Below are positions 50,183-59,558 of a DNA stretch of 64,000 nt, piece after piece (the stretch's first letter is position 1; each line of letters starts with the position of its first letter). The notes beneath the pieces were generated by a model that made no database searches, was not told the origin of the DNA, and worked only from the letters and a program-made list of their open reading frames with translations. The translations under genes and the position numbers were made by a program. This DNA comes from an uncultured Phycisphaerales bacterium (lineage in GTDB: Bacteria; Planctomycetota; Phycisphaerae; Sedimentisphaerales; Anaerobacaceae): NCBI GenBank assembly GCA_963718665.1, contig OY970359.1, positions 160,001-224,000 on the forward strand. The letters are read 5' to 3'.

Positions 50183-50764
50183 ATGTTTGCACAACTAATA
50201 AAGATTCAAAATTGTCTCGACTTTATTATCACCTGTCCACTGCTCGCCTGTCGCCTGTTCCGTTATGGCTACACCTTCCGCAAAATCGACATCGGCGAAG
50301 GTTATTTCACGCTCGTCGAGCCGCGCGACTATTACCGAATCAGACGCTTCAAATGGTGTGTTTGGGGAAACGGTAGTAAATTTTACGCTGTCAGAATTAT
50401 GGTAACTGGGCCGGGAAAGACAAAGATAATGTATTTACACAGACAGTTATTGAATGCGCCCAAGGGGGTTTTGGTTGACCATAGAAATCGCGACCCATTG
50501 GATAACCGCCGAGAAAATCTGCGGTTCGCGACACAGTCAGAGAATATGCAAAACAGGGGCAAAAGAAAAAATGGCACCTCGAAATTCATCGGCGTATGGT
50601 TTGTGAAGGTAAAAGGAAAATGGGAAAGCAGAATCACCCATAAAGGCAAACTAATATACATCGGCTGCTTCGACTCCGAAATCGACGCCGCCCGCGCCTA
50701 TGACGCCGCCGCAAAAAAATTTCGCGGGGAATTCGCGAGGTTGAACTTTCCGGAAAATACTTGA
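50183..50764 (+). CDS. HNH endonuclease with C-terminal AP2 DNA-binding domain
   Basis: YLHRQLL..VDHRNRDPLDNRRENLR..SEN..N (HNH); SKFIGV..KWESRI..IYIGCFDSEIDAARAYDAAA..GEFARLNFP (AP2). Confidence 0.92.
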   Translation: MFAQLIKIQNCLDFIITCPLLACRLFRYGYTFRKIDIGEGYFTLVEPRDYYRIRRFKWCVWGNGSKFYAVRIMVTGPGKTKIMYLHRQLLNAPKGVLVDHRNRDPLDNRRENLRFATQSENMQNRGKRKNGTSKFIGVWFVKVKGKWESRITHKGKLIYIGCFDSEIDAARAYDAAAKKFRGEFARLNFPENT

Positions 50765-50798
50765 ACCCCGTCACTCGCCGGGGGCGGAGATGACAGGG

Positions 50799-51257
50799 CT
50801 AATTATTCTTGCGGTGATTTTTATTTACATAATTGATTTTTATTTGAAGGGTATTCGCGTCGAAACAATATCGTTTATTAAAGCCGGCCGTCCATACCCG
50901 GCCCCGCATTCCATTTTTACGAAGCGCATACACGGCACAACTCTTGTATCGCTGCACAACAATCCCGATTGGCTTGGGAATATATTCCGCCACAAGGTGA
51001 ACATGCTTTGCGCAAACCGACAGGGCATAAATTCGCTGGCCCAACTGAATCGCTTGTTGCCGGATGGCCTCTGCCGCAATCCGTCGCTGGTTAAAAGACA
51101 ACTGCACCGCGTCTTTCGTAAGCGCCTTTGAATTTGCGTCCGCCAGTTCTTCATTTGGGGGCATAATTTCCCCGTCTTTGGAATATTTGCGTTTGTCCCC
51201 TTGCAGCCAGCTTCCGTAGGTTGTCCACGTCACCATATATCCGATTGTCTTCGCCAT
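50799..51257 (-). mobile_element. REP-associated tyrosine transposase-like (HUH/Y1) gene
   Basis: GYMVTWTTYGSWLQGD, HVH metal motif, WTAG..KRY, catalytic Tyr in INYV; palindromes on both sides. Confidence 0.8.
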
Positions 51258-51336
51258 ATCGCAAATTTTATGAAATCATATTTTCTTTTTCAATTGATAT
51301 TTAACGTTCTTCCTCATCCATATAATATTTAGCCCC

Positions 51337-51526
51337 GCCATCTCCGGCTTGCCCGAAAGGGCAAGACGAGTGGCGGGGTTAATTTGTCGTTCCCCTGCCA
51401 TCTCCGGCTTGCCCGAAAGGGCAAGACGAGTGGCGGGGTTAATTTGTCGTTCCCCTGCCATCTCCGGCTTGCCCGAAAGGGCAAGACGAGTGGCGGGGTT
51501 AATTTGTCGTTCCCCTGCCATCTCCG
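51337..51526 (+). repeat. Perfect 60-bp tandem repeat, about 3.2 copies
   Basis: Unit GCCATCTCCGGCTTGCCCGAAAGGGCAAGACGAGTGGCGGGGTTAATTTGTCGTTCCCCT; consecutive 60-base lines are identical. Confidence 0.97.
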
Positions 51527-51981
51527 CCCGCCTGCCCTCGAATGTTTTTGTCGGGGGTGGCGAGCCTGTCCCGCCGTAGTCCCTTAGGGACGAAGGGGGA
51601 TGGCAGGGTTAATTTCGCGTGTGATGGGGTTTATCCGCCGCAGGCAGATTACACAATGAACGCCCGCATCGGGCGTTTGTATTTACCACCATACCGCCGA
51701 CCTTGTCGGCGGCGTATTTAGCCCCGCCATCTCCGCCCTTGGCGAGTGGCGGGGTTATTTAATCTTATGACGGGGTTTTTGAAATTGTGTGGCAGGGTTA
51801 CTTTCGCAACGCAGGCAACTCCCGTAAGGGATGCTGCAACAACGATTTTTACACAAAAAACTGGTCTGGTCCCTGACAGAAGACCCCCTGTGGGGCAGGC
51901 AGAGGAGCATCCACCTTGGGATCTGCGCTGCGCTCCGAGGGGCGGGGAAAAACGGCTGATGGCCCCATTATTCCGACAAGG

Positions 51982-53664
51982 TCATTTTGCCGCTTTAGCA
52001 GCGGTTCGTATCATTTCTGCGATCTTCCCTTGTTTGTGCTTGTATGCAATGTCCAAAGCTGTCATATCATCACGGTCTTTGATGCTAGTATTAGCCCCTG
52101 CCTTAAGTAGCATCTCTGCTACATCGGCACTTCCTAGAAAAGTAGCTATCATTAACGCGGTCTGACCAGATATATCTTTGAGATCAGGATTTGCGCCAGA
52201 TTCAAGCAGGAGTTTGCATACTTCGATATTTTTGTAACGCGCACCGTACATTAGTGGTGTAATTCCGTGTACATTCCCCATGTCTGGGTTTGCACCAGCA
52301 TCTAACAATAACCGCATAATCTGCGGATAACCCTGCGCCGCGGCCATCAAAAGAGCTGTCCAGCCAGCTTCTGCTCGTTCATTGACATCGAGGTTCTTTT
52401 GTTGCAAGATATCTCGTACTTGCTGTTCTTGACCGTGCTCAACAGCTCTGTGCAGCAAATGCTCAGCATAATGCTCAGCATATTGATCACTCATACTTTT
52501 TATTACGGCTTGATTGATTGCGAAGGATAATAATTTCCGGGGTGTCTCGTTATCCTGATCAGGGTGAGCGCTGATATACTCCTCCGCATAGCTCTCCACA
52601 AGATTGATGGGAATTGTGATTTCCCGATTGCCATCCTTAGGATTTTCAGGAATGCACAGAACTCGGAGTGCTTCCTTCTTACTATGCAGATTTTGAATCC
52701 TGACACCACGGTTCTCGGGGCTCTCATTCTTTGGATTGTCGTCTTTGTGATATATTAGGAGTTTAATATCCTCCAATGGTATGACACGGAAGTTAATTGG
52801 AGTTTGGGATTGTGTGTCCGAGAATTTCTCCCGTATTGTCTTCTGGATAGCCTGAGGATCTATGACCTTAGAATCTGCATTTATAGGAAGACCAACATTT
52901 TGGGCAGCCTGTTTGCCATATTTATGCAGAAAATAGAAATAGTCGTGGGGATCAAAGATTATTGTCTTTAACTGAACAATACGTTTACGGTAAGGAACAT
53001 GATTTCCTTCTTTATCTTGACTGAAACAAAGTGATGCTACTCGTGGTCCAAGCATGAAAAGATATGCAAAAGTAACGAGGCAAGGGCCTATTACCTGGAG
53101 TACCATTGGTGTGAAGTACCAAAGCACATAGTAGGTAACCATCAGAACAATAACTATAGGAATCGACATCTTGAACACTGCGCGGGTGGCCACAGGCACA
53201 CGGGAAAGATTAATGGCCTTGGCTTCCACCTGGGTCCGAATCATAAGCGAAGCAAATGCTACAACCGACACAAATAAGCCAATGAGAAAACCAACTGCAA
53301 TGAATATGAAATACCATGCCGGTAATACGTCTGCAAAAGAGGTGTTTGCTGCGATAAGTGAATAACTTAACCAGAGTGCCACACAGGAGAAAAGTATTGT
53401 AAGCCCAACATGTAATCGTGCCCGATATAAACGATGCGATAAATGCATCCATTCCCAAATAAGATATAATGTGGCGGCTACAAGCATCGCTGCGACAAAA
53501 CGTGAGTAAAGCTGCTGATTCTCCAAAGTTACATTGAGTATTGGTAAAGTCTGAGAAGGAGCAAGACCTAAAAAGCGCGCGAGTAAAAGAATCCCTCCGA
53601 GCACCCAGATTAACACCTCTGCTTTGTAGGGTACTGCCGACAAATCTGTCTTGATATCATCCAT
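51982..53664 (-). CDS. Membrane protein with C-terminal ankyrin repeats
   Basis: About 6 TM segments, then GWTALLMAA, GITPLMYGA, GQTALMIA, MTALDIA. Confidence 0.88.
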   Translation of the reverse strand: MDDIKTDLSAVPYKAEVLIWVLGGILLLARFLGLAPSQTLPILNVTLENQQLYSRFVAAMLVAATLYLIWEWMHLSHRLYRARLHVGLTILFSCVALWLSYSLIAANTSFADVLPAWYFIFIAVGFLIGLFVSVVAFASLMIRTQVEAKAINLSRVPVATRAVFKMSIPIVIVLMVTYYVLWYFTPMVLQVIGPCLVTFAYLFMLGPRVASLCFSQDKEGNHVPYRKRIVQLKTIIFDPHDYFYFLHKYGKQAAQNVGLPINADSKVIDPQAIQKTIREKFSDTQSQTPINFRVIPLEDIKLLIYHKDDNPKNESPENRGVRIQNLHSKKEALRVLCIPENPKDGNREITIPINLVESYAEEYISAHPDQDNETPRKLLSFAINQAVIKSMSDQYAEHYAEHLLHRAVEHGQEQQVRDILQQKNLDVNERAEAGWTALLMAAAQGYPQIMRLLLDAGANPDMGNVHGITPLMYGARYKNIEVCKLLLESGANPDLKDISGQTALMIATFLGSADVAEMLLKAGANTSIKDRDDMTALDIAYKHKQGKIAEMIRTAAKAAK

Positions 53665-53731
53665 GTCATTTATCCACAGCTAACAATAATAATGAATAAT
53701 TAGGAAATAATTATCTACTAACGACTACTAA

Positions 53732-54244
53732 CTATCCCCATACCGCGGCGAAGGCGCGCTTCACTTTTTCGGTCTTCATAAAAATCAAAAGCAGGATGGG
53801 GTAAATAAAAGCCATCAGCGTCATGCCTGCATAGGTAACCCAAAAGTGCCACCTGCCTACGTCTTTCGGCAGATTTGCCAAACCCAAAAGAATTATAACA
53901 GCGGGATAACCACGGATAACAGTGTGCAATCCGATACTAACCCATGCGTATATAATCGAACCGCGTCTCGACCATTTTTTCATTCTTAGAAGCCCTATGC
54001 CCAGCACAATCAGCCAAATCGATAAAACAACACTAACAAGGCACGAGAGTAAGAATAATGGCATCCCTGGCATTGCGGTCTTGCCCATTAAAACCGGCGC
54101 TATTATTTTGTATAACTGCGGATAAGTGCTTATAAAAGGGTAACAGCCGAGCACAAAACCCAGCAGCCCGAACACCGCAACAGATATCGGCCTTTCAATA
54201 ACCTGCGGCGGTTCTTGCGTTTGATTGGAATCTAAATCCGACAT
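53732..54244 (-). CDS. Four-TM membrane protein
   Basis: RPISVAVFG, GIGLLRMKKWSR, YPILLLIFM; GGAGG RBS. Confidence 0.8.
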   Translation of the reverse strand: MSDLDSNQTQEPPQVIERPISVAVFGLLGFVLGCYPFISTYPQLYKIIAPVLMGKTAMPGMPLFLLSCLVSVVLSIWLIVLGIGLLRMKKWSRRGSIIYAWVSIGLHTVIRGYPAVIILLGLANLPKDVGRWHFWVTYAGMTLMAFIYPILLLIFMKTEKVKRAFAAVWG

Positions 54245-54278
54245 AAATCGATACCTCCCAATATCGTCTTGCGTTTTA

Positions 54279-54338
54279 ACTATCCGCTATCCGCTGCCCG
54301 CTGTACGCTGTACGCTATACGCTATACGCTATACGCTG
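54279..54338. repeat. Heptamer tandem tract after nrdJ stop (related tract at 43629-43660 after argJ)
   Basis: CTATCCG CTATCCG CTGCCCG CTGTACG CTGTACG CTATACG CTATACG CTATACG. Confidence 0.9.
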
Positions 54339-54341
54339 ACC

Positions 54342-57300
54342 CTACGAACAGCCCATACTGTTTCCGCAATTGAAGCATTTATAGCAGGTTCCGTTGCGGA
54401 CGGTGATTGAGCCGCAAATATCGCAGGCGGGAGCATCATCCTGAAAGTGCTGGAACTGGTAATTGAACTGCTGCATAACCGCGGCGTCGGACTTTGTGCC
54501 ATCCGCCTGTTCGGGTGAGCCGGCAGTTACCACTATCCCCAGACCCGCTAACCTGTTGGCGGATTTGGCTGGTATCTCGACAATTCGAGAGGGCTTGATT
54601 GTATCTTCGCAGGCATCGTCATCCTCATCGACTTTTGAGACGGACTGGATTCCTGCTTTCGCAGGAATGACAGACGCTTCTGAGGAGGCCTTGGCCTCTT
54701 TAACCTCGGCAATTTTCTGGGCGAGGTCGCGGGTCTTTTCCACGACCTGCCGGGCCGTAGTAACGTTCTTATTTTCGCCCCCTGCTGTCGCGGTGCGGTT
54801 CGGGGTATTATGTTCCGCGTAGCCGGGGATGAACTGGCAGCCCATCCAGCAGAAGATATAGTCGATTACGCTCTTGGCGAACGGAATATCTCTGTTCGAG
54901 GTCATTCCCGCCGGCTCGAAACGAGCGTGCCTGAACTTATCCACTAAGGTAATCAGCGGCACACCGTATTGCAGCGCCATCGACGTGCAGGTTCCAATGA
55001 CGTCCATCAATCCGCCGACGGTGCTGCCTTCTTTTGCCATAGTGATAAATAATTCACCGGGCTGGCCGTCTTCGTAAAGACCGACGGTGAGGTAGCCCTC
55101 GTGGTTGGCGACGGAGAATTTGTGGGTGATGCTGTGGCGGGTATCCGCAAGGCGATGCCTGTAAGGTCTGGCGGGGGCAACGACGGCCTTATCCTTGTTT
55201 TTATCTTTGTGATTTTTGGTGGAAACGGGCTGGAGCATCTTGGAGCCATCGCGGTAAATGGCGACGGCCTTGAGGCCCAGTTTCCAGCCCTGCATATAAG
55301 CGGATGCGATTTCATCGGCAGTGGCTTCTTTGGGCATATTTATGGTTTTGCTGATGGCGCCTGTGATGAAAGGTTGCACCGCGGCCATCATTTTGATATG
55401 CGCCATATAGTGAATATAGCGTTTGCCGTTGCGGGGCTTGAAGGCACAGTCGAAGATGGGCAGATGCTGAGTATTGAATTTTTGGGCGCCTTCGATGGTT
55501 TCGTGCTCGTCGATAAAGTCGGCGATTGATTTTATTTCGTCTGCGCTGTAGCCGAGGCGCTCGAGGGCCATACCAACGGTGTTATTGACGAGCTTGAGCA
55601 TACCGCCGCCGGCTAAGAGCTTGTATTTTACGAGAGCGATATCGGGTTCGATACCCGTTGTGGCGCAATCCATAAGGAAGCCGATTGTGCCTGTGGGGGC
55701 GAGGACTGTAACCTGGGCATTTCGGAAGCCGGTCTTTGAGCCGGCGTCGAATGCCTCATCCCAGGCGTCCTTGGCGGCGTTGCGGAGATAAGCCGGACAA
55801 TGTGATTCGGGGATGCTGGAAGCATGTTGCCTGTGCATGTTTATAACTTTGAGCATCGATTCGGCGTTTTTGGGAAATTCGTCGAATGCGCCTTTTACGG
55901 AAGCGATTTCGGCACTGACGGTATAGGCGGCGCCTGTCATTACCGCGCTAATGGCGGCGGCCAATGCCCGTGCCTGGTCGGAGTCATAAGGAAGCGCCAA
56001 GGCCATAACCAGCGAACCGAGATTGGCATAGCCAAGACCGAGGGGCCTGAAAAGATGACTGTTGATTGCGATTGCCTTATCGGGGTAGGAGCCGTTATCG
56101 ACGAGGATTTCCTGTGCGATAATGAACAGGCGGACGGCCTTTTTGAATGCGGTGATATCGAATGTGCCATCTTCTTTGAGGAATTTCATCAGGTTGAGCG
56201 AGGCGAGGTTGCAGGCGGAATCATCGACGAACATATATTCGCTGCACGGATTGGAGGCGTTAATCCGTCCGGAGGCCGGGCAGGTATGCCAGCGGTTGAT
56301 GGTGCTGTCATATTGAACGCCCGGGTCGCCGCAGAGACGAGTGCCTTCGGCTATAAGGGTCATAAGCTCGCGGGCGTTGTGCTCTTCGATTTTCTGGCCA
56401 TTGGTTACGGCGTAGGTGGCCCACTTGGCGTCTTTTTCGACGGCTTCCATAAATTCGTCGGTAACGCGAACCGAGAAATTGGAGTTCTGGAACATTACGC
56501 TGTTATAGGCCTCGGCGTTGTGGTCGCCTGTGTAGCCGGCTTCGATGAGGGCCCAGGCCTTTTTTTCTTCTTCGGTTTTGCAGGTGATGAATTCTTTGAT
56601 GTCAGGATGAGTAACCTTCATTGACTGCATTTTGGCAGCGCGGCGAGTTTTGCCGCCCGATTTGATTACCGCCGCAATCTGGTCGTAAACACGCATAAAG
56701 CTGAGCGGGCCTGACGGTTTGCCGCCGCCTGAAAGCTTTTCCTTGGAGCTGCGAAGGGTTGAAAGGTCTGTCCCTGTCCCTGAGCCGTGCTTGAAGAGCA
56801 TCGCTTCGCTTGTGGCGAGGCGCATTATATCTTCCATTGAGTCCTTGACGGACTGGATGAAGCAGGCGGAGGCCTGCGGGTATTCGTAGGAGTTCTCGCA
56901 GGGGACGGCCTCGCTGTGTTTGGGGTCCCAGCGATAGTTGTGCGAACCGCCCTCGATGCCGTAAACATCATAAAGGCCTATGTTGAACCAGACGGGGGAA
57001 TTGAATGCGCCGCACTGGTTGACGCAGAGCCAGGTTAATTCGTTATAGAAGATTTCTGCGTCTGCGTCGGAGGCGAAGTAGCCATCTCGTTTGCCGCGGT
57101 CTGCGATTGTCCGGCAGACACGGTGGACTAACTGCTTTACAGAATTTTCGCGAGCGAATGTTGTAACGTCGCCGTAGAAATATTTACTGGAGACAACTTT
57201 GGTCGCCAGTTGTGACCAATTGGTCGGGACTTCGATATCATTTTGCTCGAAGACGGCTTCGCCCGTGTCGTTGGTAATTTTGGCGGAGCGCTTTTCCCAT

Positions 57301-57455
57301 TGCAGCTCGTCAAAAGGATGAACACCCGGGGCGGAGAAGCACTGCTCTATCTTCATACCCCGATTGAAGTTAGACGAAACGGGGACAGTTTTGCCCATCG
57401 GCTTGTTTGATTGAGTGTTTTTGAAAGGATTATCAGGGTTGAACGAGCCAGCCAT
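54342..57455 (-). CDS. nrdJ: Adenosylcobalamin-dependent (class II) ribonucleotide reductase
   Basis: FNSPVW, QASACFI, NASNPCSEY, APTGTI, AISKTIN, AIYRDGS; C-terminal CDICG..CFNCG. Confidence 0.95.
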   Translation of the reverse strand: MAGSFNPDNPFKNTQSNKPMGKTVPVSSNFNRGMKIEQCFSAPGVHPFDELQWEKRSAKITNDTGEAVFEQNDIEVPTNWSQLATKVVSSKYFYGDVTTFARENSVKQLVHRVCRTIADRGKRDGYFASDADAEIFYNELTWLCVNQCGAFNSPVWFNIGLYDVYGIEGGSHNYRWDPKHSEAVPCENSYEYPQASACFIQSVKDSMEDIMRLATSEAMLFKHGSGTGTDLSTLRSSKEKLSGGGKPSGPLSFMRVYDQIAAVIKSGGKTRRAAKMQSMKVTHPDIKEFITCKTEEEKKAWALIEAGYTGDHNAEAYNSVMFQNSNFSVRVTDEFMEAVEKDAKWATYAVTNGQKIEEHNARELMTLIAEGTRLCGDPGVQYDSTINRWHTCPASGRINASNPCSEYMFVDDSACNLASLNLMKFLKEDGTFDITAFKKAVRLFIIAQEILVDNGSYPDKAIAINSHLFRPLGLGYANLGSLVMALALPYDSDQARALAAAISAVMTGAAYTVSAEIASVKGAFDEFPKNAESMLKVINMHRQHASSIPESHCPAYLRNAAKDAWDEAFDAGSKTGFRNAQVTVLAPTGTIGFLMDCATTGIEPDIALVKYKLLAGGGMLKLVNNTVGMALERLGYSADEIKSIADFIDEHETIEGAQKFNTQHLPIFDCAFKPRNGKRYIHYMAHIKMMAAVQPFITGAISKTINMPKEATADEIASAYMQGWKLGLKAVAIYRDGSKMLQPVSTKNHKDKNKDKAVVAPARPYRHRLADTRHSITHKFSVANHEGYLTVGLYEDGQPGELFITMAKEGSTVGGLMDVIGTCTSMALQYGVPLITLVDKFRHARFEPAGMTSNRDIPFAKSVIDYIFCWMGCQFIPGYAEHNTPNRTATAGGENKNVTTARQVVEKTRDLAQKIAEVKEAKASSEASVIPAKAGIQSVSKVDEDDDACEDTIKPSRIVEIPAKSANRLAGLGIVVTAGSPEQADGTKSDAAVMQQFNYQFQHFQDDAPACDICGSITVRNGTCYKCFNCGNSMGCS

Positions 57456-57503
57456 TATAACGCCTCCATGCAAAAGCCGCCTAAAAGGCGGGGATTATTA
57501 AAT

Positions 57504-57549
57504 ATACAATATGTTGTTAAGGCGGGCAAAATAATACCATATATAGTGT
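57504..57549. promoter_or_regulatory. Tandem NrdR boxes
   Basis: ATACAATATGTTGTTA (57504-57519) and ATACCATATATAGTGT (57534-57549) resemble the acaCwAtATaTwGtgt consensus upstream of nrdJ. Confidence 0.8.
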
Positions 57550-57704
57550 AACGCCCGCAAAATCAGTATCGGCAAGTTAACGGGATTTCGATATGGTGTA
57601 AAGAGCAAATTAACGATTTTTTCATCATTTTTTTGCGCTTTTCATATCTCTTTGTTACTTCACAATCTATGGCGCGAAAATTTTTTTCAAATAATAGAAA
57701 ATTC

Positions 57705-58348
57705 TTATAGACCGGCAGCAATTAACCACTGTTGCGCAATCCATGCGTGCGCCCAAATTTCGGGATGAACCATATCAAGCGACCAGTTTTGGGGCGGAAC
57801 TTCCTTTATACGCTCATTGATTGCCTTTTGCAGGGGAACCAAACAAGCGTTAAAGTCGTCGGCGATGCGGCGAACCACCTCGATATAACGGCGAAGATGA
57901 GCGAACATAGGGTCGTTAAAGTCATCGCAGAACATAAACGGCTCGCATATCACAAGTTGGCTGTTACATCTTTGTGTCACCATCATCAAAAGCTGCCTGT
58001 AAGTCGCTTCGTATTCGTCGAGCGGGACGGCGTAAGGCAAGTCGTCTTCGGTAGCGAACTGTCGCCAGACGTCATTTACACCAATCATAATGCTGAGGAT
58101 ATCGGGGTTGTGGTCGAGACAATCCTTTTGCCAGCGGGATTTGAGATCGCGAATGGTGTCGCCTGAGATTCCGGTGTTAAGGATATTAAAGTTGTATGCT
58201 GGGTATCTGCCAAGAAGAAACCTGGTGACGAAGTTGACATAGCCGAAGCCGAAGGGCTTGTAGGCGCGGCGACTCCTGTCGGCGTCGGTGATGCTGTCGC
58301 CGATGAAAAGATTTTTTGGCCTGGCCTTAGTTCTATCTTGTTGGGCAT
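57705..58348 (-). CDS. SGNH/GDSL hydrolase, frameshifted near 58308
   Basis: Adding one base gives MPNKIELRPGQKIxFIGDSITD..NTGISGD..MIGVND..DMVHP. Confidence 0.88.
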
Positions 58349-58591
58349 ATAAGGGATTTTAACATTTAGACGCGAAGGAACAAAGTTAGAAGTGAGAAGT
58401 TAGAAGTGAGAAAGGAACACCGATTGCCGCCCGCCTTCGTTAAAACTACGGCGGGTAAAATTTTGGGATGCGGATTAAAAAATTGCTGATTTCCGATTGC
58501 CGATTGCCAATTTAGGGATGCGGATTTTGTCTAATAAGGTAAAATGGGCGGCTGATACAGCAGGGGTAATTAATAGAAAGGTAAAACAATT

Positions 58592-59218
58592 ATGACGGAA
58601 AACCATCAAAAAGTGCGTCCGGGCGGATTAACGGGGTTCCTCGATAACATTTTCAGGAGATCGGTTCATAATGAAAGAGTGTGTCCGGTCGGATCAGCGT
58701 GGGTACTCGACAATATTTTCAGGAGGTGGATTCATAATCCGAGGAAGATTTTCAGGGGCCTTGTTAAAGAAGGAATGGTCGTCTTAGATGTTGGCTGCGG
58801 GCCAGGGGTATTTTCTATCGCAATGGCGGAAATGGTCGGCAAAAGCGGGAAGGTCATCGCGGCGGATTTGCAGGACGGGATGCTTGAAAAAGTTAAGAGC
58901 AAACTCAACGAGAGCAACAAGGCGATAATAAAACTGCACAAGTGCCAAGAGGACAAGATTGGTGTTACCGAAAAGGTCGATTTTGTTCTGGTGTTTTATG
59001 TTCTCCACGAGGTCCCCAGCCAAGAAGGGTTTTTGCGGGAGATTAAGACGATTCTGAAGCCGGGAGGCGGGGTTTTGATAATAGAGCCGAATTTTCACGT
59101 AGGTAAAAAGGCATTCGAGGAAAGCATCGCCACGGCAATATCAGTAGGATTCGAGTGCGAACAAGGGCCGAAGGTCTTTAACAGCAGCGCGGTAATTTTA
59201 AGAGTTTTGAGTGCTTAG
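58592..59218 (+). CDS. Class I SAM-dependent methyltransferase
   Basis: VLDVGCGPG, VIAADLQ, VLHEV, LKPGG. Confidence 0.9.
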   Translation: MTENHQKVRPGGLTGFLDNIFRRSVHNERVCPVGSAWVLDNIFRRWIHNPRKIFRGLVKEGMVVLDVGCGPGVFSIAMAEMVGKSGKVIAADLQDGMLEKVKSKLNESNKAIIKLHKCQEDKIGVTEKVDFVLVFYVLHEVPSQEGFLREIKTILKPGGGVLIIEPNFHVGKKAFEESIATAISVGFECEQGPKVFNSSAVILRVLSA

Positions 59219-59340
59219 TTTATGTCACGTCGAAAAACTTCGTTTTTAGCGTAAAAACGCAACTTGCCATTAGTTGTCATTAGTTTTGCCGGCGGCATGA
59301 TAGATTTTTTAAAATATTTTAAAGTTTAGCACAAAAACAG

Positions 59341-59375
59341 TTGATGGTATGTATAGCTTATGCTATACTATAGCA
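59341..59375 (+). promoter_or_regulatory. hicAB promoter with overlapping palindromic operators
   Basis: TTGATG-N17-TATACT; GTATAGC-TTAT-GCTATAC and TGCTATA-C-TATAGCA. Confidence 0.7.
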
Positions 59376-59558
59376 ATGGCAGGAGAACAAAGATTCAGTT
59401 TGGTCAGGAAGGCCTTGGAAAAGAAAGGTTATGAATTAACAAGAATTTCAGGGTCGCATCATATATTTACGAAAAAAGATTCATCGTTAGTAAGCATACC
59501 GGTGCACAAAGGAAAGGTAAAAGGGTTTTATGTTAAACAAATCGAAAAAATTGAATAA
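59376..59558 (+). CDS. hicA: HicA-family toxin
   Basis: LEKKGY..RISGSHHIF..VSIPVH. Confidence 0.9.
   Translation: MAGEQRFSLVRKALEKKGYELTRISGSHHIFTKKDSSLVSIPVHKGKVKGFYVKQIEKIE

Noticed and set aside
51276..51521. 81-aa ORF of MAGERQINPATRLALSGKPE repeats
   Set aside because: A by-product of a repeat length divisible by 3; other frames are also open.
51337..51526. CRISPR or other guide-RNA array
   Set aside because: Units are identical over all 60 bp, so there are no variable spacers, and no cas-like gene is present in the window.
51810..51845. c-di-GMP-I riboswitch (GGCAACTCCCGTAAGGGA resemblance)
   Set aside because: Lacks the GCAAA junction and P2 pattern, and no downstream gene lies on that strand.
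25879..56624. Long antisense ORFs (25879-26649, 38472-39227, 46876-47640, 55824-56624)
   Set aside because: Each lies opposite a well-supported gene and has no motifs; these are shadow ORFs.
54342..57700. Intein or intron in nrdJ, or an upstream cobalamin riboswitch
   Set aside because: The ORF is continuous with no intein termini, and the extra length is a low-complexity C-terminal linker. Upstream DNA shows NrdR boxes and no B12 box.
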